Below are positions 19,615 to 27,662 of a DNA stretch of 28,183 nucleotides, piece after piece (position 1 is the stretch's first letter; each line of letters opens with the position of its first letter). This DNA is from Opitutaceae bacterium (GTDB taxonomy: Bacteria > Verrucomicrobiota > Verrucomicrobiia > Opitutales > Opitutaceae): assembly GCA_044344065.1 (NCBI GenBank), contig JBIJDP010000001.1:1-28183 (forward strand), written 5' to 3'. Position numbers and translations under genes: made by a program. The notes beneath the pieces are model-generated. The model searched no databases. It was not told where the DNA came from and saw only the letters and a list, made by a program, of their open reading frames with translations.

Positions 19615-22478
19615 CAGTCCGCCCCTCCGTATTCACGCTCCCAGAGGAGATGGTCGACCTCGTATTTGACTGTCGTGTTCGACCTGCTGCCCGGGAAGCT
19701 GACGCCGAAGGCTGTGACCGGCGGCGAGCCGGCAGGCATCCCGGCAAACGCGGGGTCAAGCGGGTAGATCAGGAGAAGCCCGCGTTCGGGCGTCGCGGGG
19801 ACGCCCTGCGCCCCGAAGCCGCGAACGTTCCGGATGGCCGGGCCGCCCGGGATTTTCGGCGGTTCCGGCTTTTCCGGCTCCGACTGCCTGGCGGGGTCCT
19901 TGGTCCAGGCTGCAAGCGTGACGTCCATGGCCGCGGACCACGCCGCCTCGTCGAGGTCGATTGCCTCGTCACGCGGGGACAGGAGGCGGCCGATGGAATA
20001 ATACCCGCCGCCCTCCTTGGGCTTGCGTCGGATCATCTTTTCGACGAGATGGCGGCCGCAGAACCCGTGCGACTCCCCTTCCCCACCACCCATGAGGACG
20101 ACCGTCCAGGAGGTCAGTTCGCCGTTCGCCGCCATGGCCCTGACGAAGTCGCACAGGAGGGCGCTGTTGACCTTCCTGGCGGCCGGGTGGGTGAGGTAGG
20201 AGGAGAAGAAGTCGGCGATCAGATCGGCCGGCACGCCGTTCCAGAGGAAGCCCTTCCACTCCTGGGTGGAGGTTCCGCGCCTGCGGACGACGGAGCCGTC
20301 CTCCGCGGGAGCCCCCGCCGCGTCGAGCAGCCTCTCAGCCGCGGCCAGGTTTTTGGCGAGAATTTCGGGGTCTCGGTGGAAGGCCACGGTTTCAAGCACG
20401 TCCCCGCTGAACGAGAGTTGCAGGCTCTTCGCCGAGCGCATTTTCAGCGGCGAGGTCACCATGAGGATGGGATGGGACTGGACCTTCATACCGTAGTTTT
20501 CGGGCGTGGCTCCGACGGCGGCCATGGTGTCGAACTCCTGCCGCAACTCCTCGGCGGCGTCGGCGATGTGGCCGAACCACTCGACGAGGTCCCCGCTCGT
20601 GTAGAGCCTGCACAGGTCGATGTATCCCGGACGGTATCCGAACCACCTGCCCATCTGCATCAATGTGTCGTACATCTTCGAGGTGCGGACGAAGTAGCTG
20701 ACACAAAGCCCCTCCAAGGTGAGGCCCCGGGCGAGCTTGTCTCCGCCGATGGCAATCACCTTCAGGCCGGTCCCCTCGTTCTCCGAGTAGTCCAGGGCGT
20801 CCTTCGCGGTCCCGTTGATGGCCCGGACGTCGATGTCCCGGAGCGTCTCCGGCAGGACGGCCACGACGTCGTCCCAGGCCGGCAACGCGCAGTCGGACTC
20901 CGATCCGGGCAGCGCCTTGGCGAGGGTCTCCGAGGTTGGGGCGAAATCGGCCTCCCAGAGGCCGCGCCACTCGTCGAGAAGCTCGTCGCGCTCGAATCCG
21001 CGCTCGACCCTCTGCCTGAACCGCTTGACCAAGTCTTCCACCTGCCGGCGGACGTCCTCCTGGACGGAGTTGTATCGCGTGACGTGGACCAGCATGGAGG
21101 AGTGCTGACGCCCCTGCCCCCTCAGTGTCCTGGCCGCGCAGGCGAGGACGAAGGAGCCGACGGCTTCGCGCAGGGACGGAGGAACCGCGTCGTTCCCCTG
21201 GAACAGGGGGACGTGGTCGGTCTTGTGCTTGGCGGGCATCCAGCCCTCCTTACCGGTGGAGTCGACGTGGTCGTCCACCTCCCTGACCAAGGGCAGCCCG
21301 CCCGAACGCCCGTCCTGGGAGCGCAGGCCGAAGACCCTCGCGGGGCCCACGTAGTTGGACGGGGCGGCCAGGTTGACGATAAAGGATTGCGGGAACAGGT
21401 CGGGCCCCTCCTCGCTCGTCGCCCCGCGCCGGTGGATGAAGATGTTGGCGAAAGGGGTGGCCGTGTATCCGACGTAGGCCTTTTTGGCGAACGCGTGGAG
21501 GATTTTCCGGATGCGGCTGTTGATCGCTTTGGGCTGGTGCTCGTCGTCGGGAGTCCCGTCGGGGTTGAAAAGCTGCTCGCCGGTGTCGACCGAGGCGTGG
21601 TCCGCCTCGTCGTCGATGAGGAGGAGCGGCAGGTTGGTGACCAGCGGGCGGCCGTCGGCGTCCTTGGAGTCCGCGACATGGTTGCGAATCCATTTGAGCA
21701 GGCGCTCGAGGACGGTCTTGTTCTTCTTGACGACGAAGAGCCAGGGCCGCTGCTCCGGGGAGATGGCGTAGTGCTGGGCGACCTTGGTGTTGAAATCCCC
21801 GTTGTTGGAGCGGTTGGTCGCGCAATTGGGCCTGATTTCGGTGTCGCTGTCGAACTCGCCGACCCCGATGACCCTGACGGAGTCGCCCTTGGCGGAGGTC
21901 TCGTATCCGAGGAAGCCCTCTTCGAGCCGAATCTGGGTCTGCGAGCGCAGGTTGTTGTGCAGCCCGGCCAGGACGATGACGATTTTGTAGCCGGCGTCGG
22001 AGGCCTTGCAGACGAGCCCCGTGTAGTTGCCCGTCTTGCCCGACTGGACGTGGCCGACGACGAGACCCCGCCGGTCCCACCTTCCCTCGCGTTTGGGGTC
22101 CTCAAGGAGGCCGAGGATGTGGTTTGTCGACTCGTCGAGCGCGTCGACGGCCTTCACGGACATCTTCGTCTCGAGCATGGACTGGTAGCGCCGCCAATAT
22201 GGCCAGTCCTTCCTGCGGGCGGCGGTGAGCCACGCCTTGTGCCCCTCGTTGTCCGCGAGGGTCGAGTCCTTCCCGATCCAGAGGCTGAACCGCCGGATGA
22301 GTTCCGCGACGGCGGCCTGCTTGTCGATTTCCGCCCCGCGGGCGACGACCATGGCGGCCACCTCGACCTGCTCAAGGATGAGGGCCGGCGTGACCGCGCC
22401 GGTCTCCCGGTCGGCCTGAAGGAGGGTCTGGGCGACGCTTAGGACCCTCTGGAATGTCTTGCCTTCGTCTTCCGTCAC
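19614..22478 (-). CDS. mzaC: Z1 domain-containing SF2-like ATPase/endonuclease (MzaC)
   Basis: GHVQSGKT, IDDEADHAS, GYTATPFANIF and RGLTLEGL...YDTLMQMGRWFGYR; GTG start overlaps the mzaB stop. Confidence 0.9.
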   Translation of the reverse strand: MTEDEGKTFQRVLSVAQTLLQADRETGAVTPALILEQVEVAAMVVARGAEIDKQAAVAELIRRFSLWIGKDSTLADNEGHKAWLTAARRKDWPYWRRYQSMLETKMSVKAVDALDESTNHILGLLEDPKREGRWDRRGLVVGHVQSGKTGNYTGLVCKASDAGYKIVIVLAGLHNNLRSQTQIRLEEGFLGYETSAKGDSVRVIGVGEFDSDTEIRPNCATNRSNNGDFNTKVAQHYAISPEQRPWLFVVKKNKTVLERLLKWIRNHVADSKDADGRPLVTNLPLLLIDDEADHASVDTGEQLFNPDGTPDDEHQPKAINSRIRKILHAFAKKAYVGYTATPFANIFIHRRGATSEEGPDLFPQSFIVNLAAPSNYVGPARVFGLRSQDGRSGGLPLVREVDDHVDSTGKEGWMPAKHKTDHVPLFQGNDAVPPSLREAVGSFVLACAARTLRGQGRQHSSMLVHVTRYNSVQEDVRRQVEDLVKRFRQRVERGFERDELLDEWRGLWEADFAPTSETLAKALPGSESDCALPAWDDVVAVLPETLRDIDVRAINGTAKDALDYSENEGTGLKVIAIGGDKLARGLTLEGLCVSYFVRTSKMYDTLMQMGRWFGYRPGYIDLCRLYTSGDLVEWFGHIADAAEELRQEFDTMAAVGATPENYGMKVQSHPILMVTSPLKMRSAKSLQLSFSGDVLETVAFHRDPEILAKNLAAAERLLDAAGAPAEDGSVVRRRGTSTQEWKGFLWNGVPADLIADFFSSYLTHPAARKVNSALLCDFVRAMAANGELTSWTVVLMGGGEGESHGFCGRHLVEKMIRRKPKEGGGYYSIGRLLSPRDEAIDLDEAAWSAAMDVTLAAWTKDPARQSEPEKPEPPKIPGGPAIRNVRGFGAQGVPATPERGLLLIYPLDPAFAGMPAGSPPVTAFGVSFPGSRSNTTVKYEVDHLLWEREYGGAD

Positions 22479-24001
22479 TTGCTGCTCCCCTCAGTGGCCC
22501 CGTCCGCTCCCGGCAGGGAGGCGACGAGCGCCGGATAGTTTTGGAAAGGGTCCGTCGCCGACAGAGCGCGGACGGCTGCCTCGGGGCTCATGCCCCGCCT
22601 GCCCGTCATGTCGCGGTAGAGCGTGAGCAGCACCCGCTGCACGCCCTCGGGGGCCTCGGGAGGCTCGCCGGTGAACCCGGTCTTCGGCGTGTCCTTGTTC
22701 TCGGCGGTGTCCAGCCAGATTCGCTGGACGGGCACAGTCTCCTCGACGACGCGCAGCATGGCCCTCACCAGATCGGAGCGTAGCCCCGCGGCGTCGATGA
22801 CTGCCGCGACGGCGGGATGCGACTCGTCGATCCTGTAGCGGACCCCGTCCCTCAGGCGCTCGACCCGCCACGCCTGCTCGACGCGCGCTCCGCCGGGACC
22901 CGGGGCGGGCGCCCCGCGGAAGGCGAAAACCCTCCGGGCCCTTTCCCTCGTGTCCTCGGCGAGTTTGGTCAGCCACGCCTTGACGAGCACGGGCGGCCTG
23001 GCGGTTGACTTCTTGACGTCGATTTTCCACTCGGCGTCGGCGGTGTTGGGAATGTCCAGGCGGATGCGGGCGAGGCGGTGCGACTCCTCGCGGTTCCAGG
23101 CCCTGCCCTGGCCCAGGCCGAGCCACCCGCCAGCGAGAAGCAGGCGGCGGTTACGGTAGACGTAGAAGCCCTGCTGCGACGTCCACCCCTCGGGGCCGCC
23201 GGCCCGCTTGAACTCGTCGTCGGAGAGGCGGTCCTTGTGGGGGAGGACGTGACACTGGACCTCGATTGCACCGGACGGGGTGGCCGTCCTGGCGGCGGGC
23301 GAGTGCCAAGGCTTGGCCGGGTGCCCTGTCATGAACGGGTCCCATGGCCTGACCGGCTTTCCGTTCAGGAAAAGCCTGAAGTCCGGAGCGTTACCCTCAA
23401 GGAGGCGGTGGAAGACCATGCCGAGGCGCGCCTCGACGTCGTCGGAGAGATCGCCGAAGTGGCCGACGTCGTAGCCGGGCGTCACGATCCGGTCGAGCCT
23501 CTCCCAAAGCACGAGCGTCCCCGAGCGCAAGAGGGAAAGGGGTTCGAGAAACGCCTCGGAGCCGTCAGCCGGCCCCTCGTGCATGTTCCAGCCGCCGTCG
23601 GACGATGCCAGCATGTCGAGGTCCCAGCGCAGGCATGCGGTCGCCCCGCCTTCGCGCTTTGAGGCCACGGTCAGCCGTCGGCACTGCGAAAAGGAGGCGG
23701 TCTTGAGCCCCATGCCGAAGCGTCCAAGGTCGTCGGCCGCCCTCTCGTCCAGCGGGCTCTTCGCGCCGAGTGTCATCGCGGTTTCGAGTTCGGCGTCGGT
23801 CATCCCCCTTCCGTCGTCCAGAACGGAGATCCTGCTGGCCGTCCCCTCCCAGTCGAACGAGACGCGGACCTCGGACGCTCCTGCGGAGACGCCGTTGTCT
23901 ATCACGTCCGCCAGGGCGGAGGCTGTCGAGTAGCCGAGGCCACGAAGTGCCTCCAACATCGCTCCCGCTCTGGGCGGGGCGTAGCGAGTCTTGCCCGTCA
24001 T
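22475..24001 (-). CDS. mzaB: MORC/MutL-like GHKL ATPase (MzaB)
   Basis: ALADVIDN, DDGRGM, DLGRFGMGLKTASFS, GTLV and IDVKKSTARPP. Confidence 0.9.
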   Translation of the reverse strand: MTGKTRYAPPRAGAMLEALRGLGYSTASALADVIDNGVSAGASEVRVSFDWEGTASRISVLDDGRGMTDAELETAMTLGAKSPLDERAADDLGRFGMGLKTASFSQCRRLTVASKREGGATACLRWDLDMLASSDGGWNMHEGPADGSEAFLEPLSLLRSGTLVLWERLDRIVTPGYDVGHFGDLSDDVEARLGMVFHRLLEGNAPDFRLFLNGKPVRPWDPFMTGHPAKPWHSPAARTATPSGAIEVQCHVLPHKDRLSDDEFKRAGGPEGWTSQQGFYVYRNRRLLLAGGWLGLGQGRAWNREESHRLARIRLDIPNTADAEWKIDVKKSTARPPVLVKAWLTKLAEDTRERARRVFAFRGAPAPGPGGARVEQAWRVERLRDGVRYRIDESHPAVAAVIDAAGLRSDLVRAMLRVVEETVPVQRIWLDTAENKDTPKTGFTGEPPEAPEGVQRVLLTLYRDMTGRRGMSPEAAVRALSATDPFQNYPALVASLPGADGATEGSSK

Positions 24002-24044
24002 TCTGCGTACATTCCTTGTGTGCGGCGTGCGGAACCCGTGCCCC

Positions 24045-26366
24045 TCATGCCGCGTCCTCCGTATCGGGTTCGTCCGAGGAGTCGGCAGGCGAGGTCTTCC
24101 CCCACTTCTTTTCGCGCCCCTCGCCCATGTAGACGGCGAGGACGTCCTTGCGGGTCGCGTGGGAGAGCCTGCGCAGGGCCTTGGCCTCGATTTGGCGAAT
24201 CCGCTCCCGAGTCACCTCGAACCGCTGCCCGACCTCCTCCAAGGTCATGGGGTCCTCGTCTCCGAGCCCGAAGCGCAGGGTGACGACCTCCCCCTCACGC
24301 TCCTTCAACTCTCCGACCATCCCAAGAAGCGTCGAGCGCAGAGAAGCCGCCTCGGCATGCAGGTAGGGGTCTTCGGAGGCGGGGCCGGGAAGACCCTCGC
24401 CGAACGGCAGCCCCGTCGCCTCGTCCGGCTCGTCTAGCGAGGAGGCGCCTTCGGAGAGTTCGATAATCCTTCGGGCCTTCCACACGGGAAGCCCCATCCG
24501 TCGCGAGGTTTCCTCGATGGTCTCGGGGCGTCCCGCGCGGGCCTCGAACTCGTCCCGCTCGCGCTCGGTCCGGCGGACGGTCTCGTGCATATGGACCGGA
24601 ATCCGAATGGTCCTCGACTTGTCGGCGATGGCCCTTGAAATCTGCTGGCGAATCCACCATGTGGCGTATGTGGAGAAGCGGAAGCCCTTGCGCCAGTCGT
24701 AGCGCTCGACCGCCTTCATCAAGCCGATGTTCCCCTCTTGGACGAGGTCCTCCAAGGGTTCGCCGGAACGCATGTATTTCTTCGCGAGGGAGAAGGCGAG
24801 CCGGAGGTTGGAAAGGATCATCCTCTCCCGCGCAGCGGCCTGCCGCGTCACGGCTGCGGCGAAGTCGGCACCTGCCCCTTGGCCGCCGGCCGTCTTGGCG
24901 AGCTCGAGAAGGAATCCCCGCGACAGGTTGGCGGCGGCCAGCGCTTGGCGGAGCCGCCCTTTTTTCGCGACGGATGCCTCGACCTCGCCCACGGCCTCAA
25001 CGAACGCCGAGGCGTCCCCGTCGAGTTCGACCGCGTCCTCCTCCGGTTCGCTATCCGGAACCGAGGGTGCGTGGTCGCCGTCGTCAGACGGCTCGGGTCC
25101 CGAGCTGAACGACTCGACGTCCGCCTCGCCGCTGGCCACCTTCCGGCCGGCGTCGATGACGGCGGCTACGCCGGCAGGCCATTCGGCCAGTGCGTCGAGG
25201 GCCTCCTCGCCCGCCTCTTCCATGGCCCTGCCGAGGGAGAGTTCCTCGTCGGCCGTGAGCAGCGCCCCCTTGAACCCGCGAAGATAGAGCCGAAGAGGAT
25301 CGTTTCTGCCGGACGCGAGTTCCTCGGCGTGCTCCATTGCCTCGGAGAGGACGGGCTCCTCCGCGAAGGTTTCGTCAGGCTGGTGAGGCGCGCCGCCGCT
25401 TTCGTCCCGCTCGTCAATCGAGGCGCTGAGGTCGCCCAGCACAAAGGAAAGAAGCCTTTCCGCCTCCGCGTTCCGCGAGCCGTCCGCCTCGCGGCAGACC
25501 TCGACGAGGAGCGATTCCGGCACGGAGCCCTCGCGTAGCGCTCGAAGGAGAAGGCTGCGGACGCCGGGTCCCTCGCCGTCCTCGCGGGCCAAGGGAAGAG
25601 CGCGTTCGGGCAGGAACGCCTCGATGTATCCCCAGTCCTCGTCGGTGTCGACGATCTTGTGCCGGCCTATGGCCTCGTGCACCGCGCGAACCTCGTCTGC
25701 GACGGCGTCGTCGCCTTCCGGAGCGACGCTCTCCGTCTCGGGTTCCCATCCGCCGAAACAATGCCCGTCGTCCGGCTCGTCGAATCCGGGCAACTCCGCC
25801 GCGCCCGTCCGTCCGCACTCCGGAGCGAAGCGCGCCGGCATGAGCGCGGTTTCGGGTCGTTCTTCAATCGTGTCCGCGGGAATGGGCTCAGGCGGGGAAG
25901 AGATTTCACCCGTCCGCAAGCGGAATTCGACACTCTCGCCAGTCGCCTCGGGAACGGGGTCGCCGCTCGTCCCTGTGTCGCCTTGGGAGTCCACGGGGGG
26001 GGCGGGTGAACGGCATTCAGGTTCGGCGGGCACGGTTTCCGGCTCGGCCTGCCGGATGCCTGCGGAAATCGAAGCCAGGGCGGCGCGAATGAGGTCCGAG
26101 CACTCGGCGGAACCAGAACGCTCGGCATGGCCGAGGGCGTCGAGGCCCGAGGGGTCGGTGAGGGAAGGATCGGCACCTGCGGACAGCAGCAGGGCCACGA
26201 CTCCTTTCTTCTTTCGACCTGCGGCGAGCATCAGCGGGGTCGCCCCGCCGCCGTCGCGGGCGTCAAGGTTGTCTCCCCTGCGGATGTGGAGGCGGACGGC
26301 GGTCTCGACCCCGGCGAGGACAGCCATGCGCATGAGGGGGTTCATCGGCTTCACCGGTCTATCCAC
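24045..26366 (-). CDS. mzaA: Ankyrin-repeat + RpoD-like sigma70 fusion (MzaA); true start may be ATG 26345
   Basis: N-terminal ankyrin (DARDGGGATPLMLAA...LLSAGADP); sigma region 1.2 DPLRLYL, region 2 NLRL...DLVQEGNIGLMKAVERYDWRKGFRFSTYATWWIRQ, region 4 TLEEVGQRFEVTRERIRQIEAKAL. Confidence 0.9.
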   Translation of the reverse strand: MDRPVKPMNPLMRMAVLAGVETAVRLHIRRGDNLDARDGGGATPLMLAAGRKKKGVVALLLSAGADPSLTDPSGLDALGHAERSGSAECSDLIRAALASISAGIRQAEPETVPAEPECRSPAPPVDSQGDTGTSGDPVPEATGESVEFRLRTGEISSPPEPIPADTIEERPETALMPARFAPECGRTGAAELPGFDEPDDGHCFGGWEPETESVAPEGDDAVADEVRAVHEAIGRHKIVDTDEDWGYIEAFLPERALPLAREDGEGPGVRSLLLRALREGSVPESLLVEVCREADGSRNAEAERLLSFVLGDLSASIDERDESGGAPHQPDETFAEEPVLSEAMEHAEELASGRNDPLRLYLRGFKGALLTADEELSLGRAMEEAGEEALDALAEWPAGVAAVIDAGRKVASGEADVESFSSGPEPSDDGDHAPSVPDSEPEEDAVELDGDASAFVEAVGEVEASVAKKGRLRQALAAANLSRGFLLELAKTAGGQGAGADFAAAVTRQAAARERMILSNLRLAFSLAKKYMRSGEPLEDLVQEGNIGLMKAVERYDWRKGFRFSTYATWWIRQQISRAIADKSRTIRIPVHMHETVRRTERERDEFEARAGRPETIEETSRRMGLPVWKARRIIELSEGASSLDEPDEATGLPFGEGLPGPASEDPYLHAEAASLRSTLLGMVGELKEREGEVVTLRFGLGDEDPMTLEEVGQRFEVTRERIRQIEAKALRRLSHATRKDVLAVYMGEGREKKWGKTSPADSSDEPDTEDAA

Positions 26367-27270
26367 GTGCGCCGCCTTCCCCTGCGGGAGGAACGTATCC
26401 GGGGGCGATTGCCGCGCTTTCCACGCCGTAGAGCGAAAGCGGGTCCCGAAGCCAGAGGGCGTGTTCCGGACCCCGCAGGCGGTGGTCGGGGGAGCAGTCG
26501 ACGTTCCAGCGCCTCATGACGTAGCCCGCCAAGGCCGCGCGAGCCCGAACCCTGAGAACGCCGTCCGCCATCGGATAGTCGAGTGCAGCCAGTTCCGGTC
26601 GTTCCGAGTCAGGGTGGGCGACCAGTTCGAGGTCCACCACCCGGGTCCACTGGGCGTCGTCTCCTGGGCCCTCGCCTTGGCCCGGTACGTCCCCGGGAAC
26701 GACCTCCGCCGACAGCACCCGCGTGAGGACGAAATCACGGAAGGAGGCGCTTTTCCTGTCGAAGGCCCGGACGTGCCATCGGAGCCCGTTGTCGGCTAGG
26801 GCGAAAGGGACTATTTCTCGCAGCGACTCCCCGCCGGACGCGGAGAAATAGGCGACGCGGAGAACGGCCCCGGACGCGACGGCCCTGGTCACCCGGGCGA
26901 GCGTGTCCGTCGCGGGACGGTTGATGGGCGAGGGAAACTCGCAGGGAACCATGGGCCCCTCCCCGCCGCCGATTCCGTCTCCGAAGCCCAAGGCGAGCGA
27001 CGAGAGGACGCGGTCGATGGGGTGTTCGAACAAGGGAGAGAACGACGCCCCTATCCGATAGGTCTTGGTTCGGCCGTCGAAGGTGATGTTGCCCGGGACC
27101 GCCTCGCGATACAGGGCGAGGTCGCGGGTGGCGCCGGCCGGAGCGACACCGAAACGCGAGCAGATGTCTGCCCTAGAAACCTCGCCGAGGAACCAAAGAC
27201 GAAAGTCTATGTGCGCAAGCCTCTCCCTCTGGGCCTGTCCGAGTTTTGCGGGAAACCCGATTGCCGCCAC
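26359..27270 (-). CDS. WYL-domain transcriptional regulator (BrxR/CapW-like)
   Basis: N-terminal wHTH QRERLAHIDFRLWFLGEVSRADICSRFGVAPAGATRDLALY; WYL region REIVPFALADNGLRWHVRAFDRK...FRDFVLTR; AAGGA RBS before GTG. Confidence 0.9.
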   Translation of the reverse strand: MAAIGFPAKLGQAQRERLAHIDFRLWFLGEVSRADICSRFGVAPAGATRDLALYREAVPGNITFDGRTKTYRIGASFSPLFEHPIDRVLSSLALGFGDGIGGGEGPMVPCEFPSPINRPATDTLARVTRAVASGAVLRVAYFSASGGESLREIVPFALADNGLRWHVRAFDRKSASFRDFVLTRVLSAEVVPGDVPGQGEGPGDDAQWTRVVDLELVAHPDSERPELAALDYPMADGVLRVRARAALAGYVMRRWNVDCSPDHRLRGPEHALWLRDPLSLYGVESAAIAPGYVPPAGEGGARG

Positions 27271-27288
27271 CGCGGTCCTTTTGCTCTT

Positions 27289-27340
27289 GTGTCAATGACA
27301 AACGATTCTACAGAGGGGCCCGGGTTTTGTACATGACACC
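27289..27340 (-). promoter_or_regulatory. Candidate promoter and operator of the WYL-mza operon
   Basis: Minus-strand TGTACA(27333-27328)-N17-TAGAAT(27310-27305); palindrome TGTCA-A-TGACA at 27290-27300 near the predicted +1; GTGTCA/TGACAC copies bracket the promoter. Confidence 0.55.
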
Positions 27341-27554
27341 TGCTCATTTTGACGACATCCGCCTGAAAGTCGCGTCAGGTGACACGGTAAACGGAAAAAA
27401 GGAGGACTTGGGCAATGCATGCATCGAAGGGATAATCACACCCTTTCGAGCAACACATTCTCACGAGGATTTTCCTGATTTCAGGAATCTTTTGGGAAGC
27501 CACGAGAACTAAAAACCGTAGAAAAATGTACTTCAAGCCAGGTGCGAAAATCTT

Positions 27555-27567
27555 TAACATATTGATA
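27555..27567 (-). promoter_or_regulatory. IHF-binding site in the right att arm
   Basis: Minus-strand TATCAATATGTTA is an exact WATCAANNNNTTR match, ~140 bp from attR. Confidence 0.55.
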
Positions 27568-27662
27568 AATAACGATTTTATTTTTCAAAAAGTCCCCCGC
27601 CAATAAAAACAGTGCCCTCAGCAGACAACTTAACGCATCGCAAAAATTACCAATAAAATCAA

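Noticed and set aside
19350-22442. 1030-aa plus-strand ORF, and other long overlapping ORFs (2228-3763, 3816-5249, 8898-10349, 15833-16897, 17515-18567, 25624-26799)
   Set aside because: Antisense shadows of well-supported genes in GC-rich DNA; low-complexity Arg/Gly/Pro translations with no motifs.
27246-27560. Short ORFs 27246-27512 (+) and 27375-27560 (-)
   Set aside because: No motifs; they overlap the WYL promoter and att-arm sequence and are probably non-coding.
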